A DNA stretch of 34,194 nt from a virus (Duplodnaviria > Caudoviricetes), in IMG/VR virus record IMGVR_UViG_3300047560_000356, positions 1 to 34,194 of that record. One strand, written 5' to 3'. Made by a program: the position numbers and the translations under genes. A model generated the notes under the pieces. That model worked only from the letters and a program-made list of their open reading frames with translations. It made no database searches and was not told the origin of the DNA. Below are positions 28,241 through 34,194 of the stretch, one piece after another; position 1 is the first letter of the stretch, and each line of letters begins with the position of its first letter.

Positions 28241-28412
28241 GTACAGTATTTATTCTGGTGAATTTCTTTGTCATACATGTAAAGAAGTAGTAAAAAGTCT
28301 AAGATTATACCCAGAAACCTATGAGGTAAGTTGGATGTGCTCACAAAAACACTTAACAAGTGTTATAATATATAGAAAGAAAACAAAAAAGGACTATGAG
28401 CGAGAAGAATGA
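28233..28412 (+). CDS. Small Zn-ribbon protein (59 aa; absent from ORF track)
   Basis: MAKYSIYSGEFLCHTCKEVV...WMCSQKH...; overlaps both neighbours and fills the gap exactly. Confidence 0.75.
   Translation: MAKYSIYSGEFLCHTCKEVVKSLRLYPETYEVSWMCSQKHLTSVIIYRKKTKKDYEREE
28361..28369 (+). promoter_or_regulatory. Candidate extended -10 promoter (TGTTATAAT)
   Basis: Perfect TGnTATAAT ~26 nt before ATG 28396, but intragenic in AT-rich DNA. Confidence 0.4.
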
Positions 28413-28686
28413 AAGCAAGCGTATTGGTGCCAAGCAGCACAAAAACTCTGGTAGAAATACCCACAAGGGCGATGCCACGTGGAAAAACTTTACAGTGGAC
28501 TTTAAAGAAGTCGGAAAATCTTTCACCATTAACAAAGAGGTTTGGGCTAAAGCAAGCACTGATGCTGTTAGGAATGGCAACGATCCTGCTATTTTCATCA
28601 TTCTTGGTAACGAGGGTATTAGAACACGCTTGGCTGTTATTGAGTTGTCCCTGCTAGAACAAATAATGGAGGAGCACAATGAGTAA
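28396..28686 (+). CDS. Putative Holliday junction resolvase (Hjc-like PD-(D/E)xK)
   Basis: NSG...KGD...VDFK...SFTI...W pattern, 96 aa, downstream of recA. Confidence 0.7.
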   Translation: MSEKNESKRIGAKQHKNSGRNTHKGDATWKNFTVDFKEVGKSFTINKEVWAKASTDAVRNGNDPAIFIILGNEGIRTRLAVIELSLLEQIMEEHNE

Positions 28687-29302
28687 TCAGATTGTTTCAA
28701 ATTTTTTGACAGCAGAAGAGATTAGGCAAATCTCAGATATTGTATACCATGAACTTGAAACACGAGAGCGTGTAAGGGACAACGACTATGAAGCATACCA
28801 TTCTAATGCTGCAACATATCAGCCATGGTTTGGAAGACTTCAGCTACATGATCTAGCACATTTAATCCCACAAGAAATTATGAATAAAGCTCTTAATTTT
28901 TCTAAAGAGCATTGGATTTATCCAGAATATCCCATGGAGTTTACTGGAGTCACATTCATGAGATGGTCAAATGAATTCAAGGAAGATAGAGGAAATCCGT
29001 TTCTTGGGGTACACCTTGATAGTAACAATAACCTAGGAATATTGCTAGATTATCAGCTTAAGTCAAATACAGATTGGCCATTAGCTATTGAAAAAGATGT
29101 GTACGAAATGAAGGATAATGACATGGTATATTTTTATCCAACAGATCAGTACCACTGGAGAGTAAATAAAAACTGGTTAGATGGAGAATTTGTCGATGTT
29201 TTGTTTTTTGAATATGGTGCTGTTGGCAAGCCAAGAACAGAACAAGATGAAGATATTAAAAAAGAACTTGCAGATTATAGGGATTCTTTAGGAACATGGT
29301 AA
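28679..29302 (+). CDS. 2OG-Fe(II) oxygenase-like protein (paralog 1)
   Basis: N-terminal NFLT.EE, HLD, WPL, distal HWR; SD GGAGG. Confidence 0.72.
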   Translation: MSNQIVSNFLTAEEIRQISDIVYHELETRERVRDNDYEAYHSNAATYQPWFGRLQLHDLAHLIPQEIMNKALNFSKEHWIYPEYPMEFTGVTFMRWSNEFKEDRGNPFLGVHLDSNNNLGILLDYQLKSNTDWPLAIEKDVYEMKDNDMVYFYPTDQYHWRVNKNWLDGEFVDVLFFEYGAVGKPRTEQDEDIKKELADYRDSLGTW

Positions 29303-29850
29303 TTAAACCTCCAACTTTTGAGCAGGGACTGATACCTGCAGAGGAATGCATAAAATTTGCATCAATCATAAATGACTTTAAGGCAATGATGCCAGATAAG
29401 CCAGTTTGGGATGAAACTGATGATTATTCTGATATGCCACAAACACTTGGATTTGGTAAGATACTTAACTCAAGAATGGGAAAAATTTATTTTCAGATAC
29501 CAATAGTAAAAATCCCATCAAACATCTTAGATCTAGTAACTAAGGCAGCTAACGATTTTGAGCCAGGGGTAGAAATACATTCAGTCACGTATACAGAATA
29601 TTCGTCAGAATATGGTACCCCATCGTTGAGCTATCATACTGACAGGACTGATGACCTACTACTTGTTGATCTGCAGATTAGCTCTAATACGATATGGCCA
29701 CTAGGGGCCAATGGAGAGCTATATGACATGAATGATGGAGATGCCCTAGTCATAAGATCTGGTAGCACTGTTCATGGTAGACCAGAGAAGATATTTAATC
29801 CTGGAGAACATGTCGCAATGATATTCTTTGATTTTTTAAGACAGCAGTAG
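29296..29850 (+). CDS. 2OG-Fe(II) oxygenase-like protein (paralog 2)
   Basis: HTD, WPL, GDAL, distal HGR. Confidence 0.72.
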   Translation: MVIKPPTFEQGLIPAEECIKFASIINDFKAMMPDKPVWDETDDYSDMPQTLGFGKILNSRMGKIYFQIPIVKIPSNILDLVTKAANDFEPGVEIHSVTYTEYSSEYGTPSLSYHTDRTDDLLLVDLQISSNTIWPLGANGELYDMNDGDALVIRSGSTVHGRPEKIFNPGEHVAMIFFDFLRQQ

Positions 29851-29870
29851 CATAAAAAACGATTTTGTAC

Positions 29871-29876
29871 TATAAT
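29871..29876 (+). promoter_or_regulatory. Candidate -10 (TATAAT) before oxygenase paralog 3
   Basis: Intergenic TATAAT, then SD AAGGAG and ATG 29893. Confidence 0.5.
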
Positions 29877-29892
29877 ATATACAAGGAGAAAC

Positions 29893-30723
29893 ATGAATAA
29901 TATAAAAATGAATCCAATGACGGGTATGCCATATAATCCAGCACCAATGCATGAGTACCTTACTGGATTTGACAAATATAACAGAGAGCTGCCGATTTAT
30001 ATTGAAAAGCCATTCAATGAAGAACAAATTGCAACACTTAGAGAAGTTATTGAAAAGAATAGAAGACTTATGGATGGGGATGACAAATATACCCCAATGC
30101 CTGGCAGTCATGAAGAGTACTATGGTCCAACAAGATATCATCCAAAAAAGATTACTCATATGTCAAGGCTTCTTATTGAGTTTGATTGCCCACCTATCGT
30201 TGAGCAGGCTATGGATGAATATTGTAAGCCACTACATAAAGATCCAATTCGACTAACACACTACAACTACATTGATTATGATATGAAGTATGGTAATGGT
30301 GTTGCTGCACCAGCATTGCCACCACATCTAGATGCTGATGAAAACCTAGTCACATTTAACTATATGATTGGCGGTAACGTAGATGATTGGACTCTATGGG
30401 TAGATGATAAGCCATATGATCTTAAGCTAGGAGATGCTATTATCTTTAGTGCTGTAAATCAAGTACACTGGAGAGATAAGCGTAAGTGGAAGCCAGGAGA
30501 ATTTGTAGAAATTGTAAGTTTTGATTATTGTCCAGTAACAAACTATCGTTGGTTGGGGCTAGATAATCCTATTGATGGAAGAATGAATCCAGAAGGCAGA
30601 GAAGAGTATCAGAGAGTACTTTCAGAACATCCTGCCATGAAGTCTGGTTGGAAAATCTATACAGATAGAGGAGCAGAACTTGGGTTTGGCCCAGGGGAAA
30701 TTGCAGGATTTGCTAATGAGTAA
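29893..30723 (+). CDS. 2OG-Fe(II) oxygenase-like protein (paralog 3)
   Basis: LPPHLD, WTL, GDAI, distal HWR. Confidence 0.72.
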   Translation: MNNIKMNPMTGMPYNPAPMHEYLTGFDKYNRELPIYIEKPFNEEQIATLREVIEKNRRLMDGDDKYTPMPGSHEEYYGPTRYHPKKITHMSRLLIEFDCPPIVEQAMDEYCKPLHKDPIRLTHYNYIDYDMKYGNGVAAPALPPHLDADENLVTFNYMIGGNVDDWTLWVDDKPYDLKLGDAIIFSAVNQVHWRDKRKWKPGEFVEIVSFDYCPVTNYRWLGLDNPIDGRMNPEGREEYQRVLSEHPAMKSGWKIYTDRGAELGFGPGEIAGFANE

Positions 30724-31018
30724 TGAAACAACTTTAGATATGATTAATGGTCTTGCAGAAATTGCAGACTACATGCAGGATGAAGAACTTACAACAGCTC
30801 TGACTTTTATTGCAAAACTAATAGTAAAACCAGACATTCCTTTGAATGTCGCAACAATTGAAATTGTACGCCTCCAGGCAATTGCTGCTAAAATGTCTTT
30901 TAAGGCAACTTGGATGGCTAACGTAGATAAGGGAGATAGAGCGAAGAAGAATTTGTACTTTACTGCTGCAGAATCAATCAATAACTTGGTTGCTGCCTTG
31001 AAGTACATAACTCGCTAA
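30716..31018 (+). CDS. Hypothetical helical protein
   Basis: ATG 30716 overlaps the previous gene end by 8 nt (preferred over TTG 30680); 100 aa. Confidence 0.65.
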   Translation: MSNETTLDMINGLAEIADYMQDEELTTALTFIAKLIVKPDIPLNVATIEIVRLQAIAAKMSFKATWMANVDKGDRAKKNLYFTAAESINNLVAALKYITR

Positions 31019-31026
31019 GTGGTATT

Positions 31027-31860
31027 ATGGCTAAGAACCTATTAAGTCAGGTAATGTTGAAAAAGATTGATAACAATCCAGCAGCATTCCTAGATACAAA
31101 AGAATTTATTGCAAAGCTTGAGAGTGGATACACTATCAGCCGTGTAGCTAAATTCCAAAAAAAGAAAACATTTGCACCAAGTACAATTGCATACTCTCAT
31201 GGAGAATGCCCTAGATACTGGTATCTTGCATTTGATGGCGGAATCTTTGAAGATTATGCTGATGCATTTGGTGTAGCTAATATGACAAATGGAACTTTGT
31301 CACATGGAAGAATTCAGGATGCTATGTTGGCATCGGGAGTCGCAAAGGAATTTGTTGACGATAATGGTAACAAGACTACTGAATTTAAAATTATAAGTAA
31401 TGATCCTCCTATCTTTGGTTATGGAGACGCAATGCTTGAGTGGATGGGTGACGACATTGTTGGAGAAATTAAAACCTCTAGTAGTGAAGCATTCGAATAC
31501 CGCAAAGCTGCAGGTAAGCCAAAGAATGGTCACCTAATTCAGCTATTGATCTATATGAAGATCCTTGGCAAGAGCAAGGGTGTAATTATTTATGAAAATA
31601 AAAACAATCATGAGCTATTGGTATTACCAGTTGAGGTAACACCAGGTAGCTATTATGTATCGTGGGTAAACAATGCATTTGATTGGATGCGAGCAGTTCG
31701 TAAGGCTTGGACAGATAGGACAATGCCTGAAAAGAACTATCGCTCTAATTCAAAAATCTGTAAGACATGTCCCCTAAAGGCTGTCTGTTCAGAAGCTGGC
31801 AAGGGAGATATAAAGATCAAATCTCTGGAGCCACTTGATGAAACATTGTCAGTATTGTGA
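31027..31860 (+). CDS. Cas4-like / PD-(D/E)xK exonuclease
   Basis: PS...CPR, GT..H, G.GD, EIK, QL.IY, C-terminal CKTC.....C (four Fe-S-type cysteines). Confidence 0.85.
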   Translation: MAKNLLSQVMLKKIDNNPAAFLDTKEFIAKLESGYTISRVAKFQKKKTFAPSTIAYSHGECPRYWYLAFDGGIFEDYADAFGVANMTNGTLSHGRIQDAMLASGVAKEFVDDNGNKTTEFKIISNDPPIFGYGDAMLEWMGDDIVGEIKTSSSEAFEYRKAAGKPKNGHLIQLLIYMKILGKSKGVIIYENKNNHELLVLPVEVTPGSYYVSWVNNAFDWMRAVRKAWTDRTMPEKNYRSNSKICKTCPLKAVCSEAGKGDIKIKSLEPLDETLSVL

Positions 31861-32161
31861 TACTTACTTCACACCAAACACATCCTACCAAATCTACTGT
31901 TCTAGCGGATGTCGTGAACTAGCTACTAAAGAAAAGATAGCACAACGATATGAGCAGACTAGAAGAGAGAGAAGGAGAAGCAAAGTTAGACAGTGTAAGG
32001 TCTGTGGTTCAGAACTGTCAATGTATAACGATGATGTAACGTGTGATGGATGCATAATTGTTCCAAAAGAATTTAGTAAAATATTAAGACAAATAAAGGG
32101 AATCGCAAATGGTAAACTTGTCCTTGATGACGAATCAACCACACAAGATCTGGGCGATTGA
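31838..32161 (+). CDS. Cys-rich Zn-finger protein
   Basis: CQYC...YCSSGC...CKVC...CDGC; SD GGAG before ATG 31838. Confidence 0.7.
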   Translation: MKHCQYCDTYFTPNTSYQIYCSSGCRELATKEKIAQRYEQTRRERRRSKVRQCKVCGSELSMYNDDVTCDGCIIVPKEFSKILRQIKGIANGKLVLDDESTTQDLGD

Positions 32162-32687
32162 CGCAAGTACCAACAGTCTTGCCTTCAGTATATTTGAGGG
32201 CAAGGCTTTGGTTGCTTTTGGCAAGATTAATTTTAGTGGCAAGACAACCTATGAGAAGGTTATAGATGCTTGTAAAAAAACTAAAGCGTTCATGAATGAG
32301 TATGGATATCCAGAAGCTATTGTAATTGAACATACTGTATTTATGAATAGTCCAAAGACAGCAGCTGATCTGGCATTGGTACAGGGAGCACTTTTAGGTG
32401 CAGCAGGCATCACTGGTACAAATGAGATCAGGTCTGTGGCACCAATTACATGGCAAAACTATATTGGTAATAAAAAGCTAACTAAGGAAGAAAAGTTTGA
32501 GCTTAAGAAAAAGTTTCCAGATAAAAGTGATTCATGGCTTAAAGCACATGAGCGAAATCTCAGAAAAGAAAAAACTATTAATTATATTAATATTCAATAT
32601 GATAGGCTGGTCAGTGATAATGACGTTGCTGATGCTATTGGTATTGGGCATTATGCGATAAATAACTGGGGGAAGTTGACAAACTAA
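32109..32687 (+). CDS. RuvC-like resolvase (RNase H fold)
   Basis: WAIDAST, IVIE, V.P.TW, DNDVADAIGI catalytic pattern. Confidence 0.8.
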   Translation: MVNLSLMTNQPHKIWAIDASTNSLAFSIFEGKALVAFGKINFSGKTTYEKVIDACKKTKAFMNEYGYPEAIVIEHTVFMNSPKTAADLALVQGALLGAAGITGTNEIRSVAPITWQNYIGNKKLTKEEKFELKKKFPDKSDSWLKAHERNLRKEKTINYINIQYDRLVSDNDVADAIGIGHYAINNWGKLTN

Positions 32688-32704
32688 TGGCAAAGTTGTA
32701 TACT
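32676..32704 (+). promoter_or_regulatory. Promoter TTGACA-N17-TATACT
   Basis: TTGACA 32676-32681, 17-bp spacer, TATACT 32699-32704. Confidence 0.65.
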
Positions 32705-32839
32705 AATGAAGCATGGTTAAGAAAAAGATTTCATGTAGATAGAAAGTCTCCAGAACAGATAGCACAGGAATGTGGTGTAAGTGCTGAGACTATATATGTT
32801 TATTTAGCAAAATTTGGATTAAGGAAATCAAGAAGATGA
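32687..32839 (+). CDS. Small helix-turn-helix protein (50 aa; absent from ORF track)
   Basis: MAKLYTNEAWLRKRFHVDRKSPEQIAQECGVSAETIYVYLAKFGLRKSRR; classical HTH; TAATG and ATGA overlaps on either side. Confidence 0.85.
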   Translation: MAKLYTNEAWLRKRFHVDRKSPEQIAQECGVSAETIYVYLAKFGLRKSRR

Positions 32840-33345
32840 AAAAATTTATTGGGTATGGACTAGTAGTTGCTGTAATGGCAGGACTAGGATTGTGGATTGC
32901 AATGCCAACGATCAATCAGGATAATTGTATTCACGTGTATGTTGAGTTTGGTGCTCTAGACAATAATAAGAAGTCAGAAAAGTGTGTTAATTCTTCACAG
33001 GCTATGAATGCCCTAGACGTTATGAATTATGCAGGAATTGACATTTCTGGTACCAAGAAGTATGGCAATCAGATCGTATGTCGTTTGGACAATATGCCAT
33101 CTGCGACAAAGCCAATTGGGCTAAAGGGCCACGAAGACTATATTGAGTCATGTACAGATATGCCAGCAGAGTTCGCATACTGGGGTGTATTCGTTAAGCC
33201 ATATAAGAAGGCAAATGTACCACTTGACTTCCATACAGGATGGAACTGGGCAGAGACTGGAATTGATAAGGTAACTCTAAATCCAGGAGACAGCATTGGC
33301 TTGGTATTTCAGGCAAATGAAAAGGTATCTCTACCACAGGAGTAG
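32836..33345 (+). CDS. Secreted/membrane-anchored protein with probable beta-grasp (DUF4430-like) domain
   Basis: MKK plus hydrophobic N-terminus; ALDVM..AG...G...YG..VCRLD..P, YW, W..A..GI....L.PGDSIG; four Cys. Confidence 0.6.
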   Translation: MKKFIGYGLVVAVMAGLGLWIAMPTINQDNCIHVYVEFGALDNNKKSEKCVNSSQAMNALDVMNYAGIDISGTKKYGNQIVCRLDNMPSATKPIGLKGHEDYIESCTDMPAEFAYWGVFVKPYKKANVPLDFHTGWNWAETGIDKVTLNPGDSIGLVFQANEKVSLPQE

Positions 33346-33347
33346 TT

Positions 33348-33644
33348 TTGGCAAGAAAAAAGCAAATAGCAATAGCAACAGAGACTAAGTTCTTGAGAGA
33401 ACACACAATGCTCTGTGACGGATTTGAAATAGTCCGTGGTGATATAATTAAGGTAAGTGGACAGTATGGTCTCAAATTCAAATTTGATGCTGTAGTGACC
33501 AATACTGAAACTGGTTCAAAATGGGTAGACTGCTTTGAACTATTCAGAGGGCAGTCGCAATGCTTTAGATCTTTTGATATGGGTCAGGTAAAGCGAATCC
33601 CACAAAGAGGCAAGAGAGGTAGAAAGCGTGTCATCCAAGACTAA
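33348..33644 (+). CDS. Hypothetical basic protein (possible SH3-like fold)
   Basis: TTG start with SD AGGAG; GDIIKV.G...FKF...WVDC...FRSF. Confidence 0.6.
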   Translation: MARKKQIAIATETKFLREHTMLCDGFEIVRGDIIKVSGQYGLKFKFDAVVTNTETGSKWVDCFELFRGQSQCFRSFDMGQVKRIPQRGKRGRKRVIQD

Positions 33645-34194
33645 GTACTTTGACAATCCAACTAATGTTTGGGTTATCGATGACTTTTTTACAGAAGAAT
33701 TGGCTAATGAGTTGGCTGAAAACTTTTATGAATATGATGATGAAAGATGGTTGACACGCAATCACTCAGAGTTTGAAGAAAAGCTTTTGTCAACACATTG
33801 GGATTGGTATCCTGCTGTGTTGTACAAAACTTTCTTTGATCTTGCTTCACAAGATTTTGTGAATATCCTTGAGGATATGACTGGAATAGATAATCTAATT
33901 GCAGATTATGGATTGCATGCAGGTGGTATGCATCTGCACTCTAGCAATGCTAGGCTGAATCTACATCAAGATGCAAAGCTTCACCCAAAGCTTGGCTTAG
34001 TAAGAAAACTTAATATTATAGTTTATTTAAATAAAGATTGGCAAGAATCCTGGGGTGGAGAACTAGAATTCTGGAATAGCATAAGCGGAGAGCCAGGAGA
34101 AAAGGTATTCTCAGTATGGCCAAAGTTTAATCGTGCAGTTATTTTTCAGACAGATAATGACTTCTGGCATGGTCTTCCAGAAATGATTGCTGCT
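33628..34194 (+). CDS. Prolyl-4-hydroxylase-like 2OG-Fe(II) oxygenase (3'-truncated; absent from ORF track)
   Basis: GTG 33628 with SD GAGAGG; open to window end: VIDDFF, LHAGGMH, LNLHQD, RKLNIIVYLNKDW...WGGELEFW, PKFNRAVIF, WHG. Confidence 0.85.
   Translation, partial: MSSKTKYFDNPTNVWVIDDFFTEELANELAENFYEYDDERWLTRNHSEFEEKLLSTHWDWYPAVLYKTFFDLASQDFVNILEDMTGIDNLIADYGLHAGGMHLHSSNARLNLHQDAKLHPKLGLVRKLNIIVYLNKDWQESWGGELEFWNSISGEPGEKVFSVWPKFNRAVIFQTDNDFWHGLPEMIAA

Noticed and set aside
31027-31860. CRISPR-Cas system suggested by the Cas4-like gene
   Set aside because: No repeat-spacer array, cas1 or cas2, and no intergenic space large enough for an array.
65-33502. All minus-strand ORFs and short alternative-frame plus-strand ORFs in the track
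   Set aside because: They lie within well-supported + strand genes and lack recognisable motifs; they are shadow ORFs.
1-34194. Stop-codon reassignment
   Set aside because: Genes are full length in the standard code, and TAA, TAG and TGA all end genes at tight junctions.

Overview
The window is a single co-oriented (+ strand), densely packed, AT-rich segment of a large tailed dsDNA phage with a siphovirus-type tail. Bases 1-19420 hold the neck/tail module: head closure, neck, tail terminator, tail tube, two tail assembly chaperones, a 2568-aa tape measure protein, Dit, tail tip and minor tail proteins. Bases 19420-34194 hold a replication/recombination module: MerR-like HTH, DnaB, primase, SSB-like protein, DnaE, MazG-like protein, NrdH, RecA, two resolvase-like nucleases, a Cas4-like exonuclease and small Zn/HTH proteins. 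Accessory genes are interleaved there: four 2OG-Fe(II) oxygenase-like genes and a secreted beta-grasp-like protein. Gene content and order resemble large actinobacterial siphoviruses and their low-GC freshwater relatives (inference from recall, no search run). The most notable observations are: (i) tail chaperones G and G-T appear to be two separately promoted paralogous genes rather than products of a ribosomal frameshift; (ii) three paralogous, atypical HxD...HxR oxygenases sit in tandem within the recombination operon; (iii) CCGG, GCGC and CGCG appear to be absent; (iv) the tape-measure C-terminal motif is duplicated internally. No tRNA, rRNA, CRISPR array, intein or transposase was seen.
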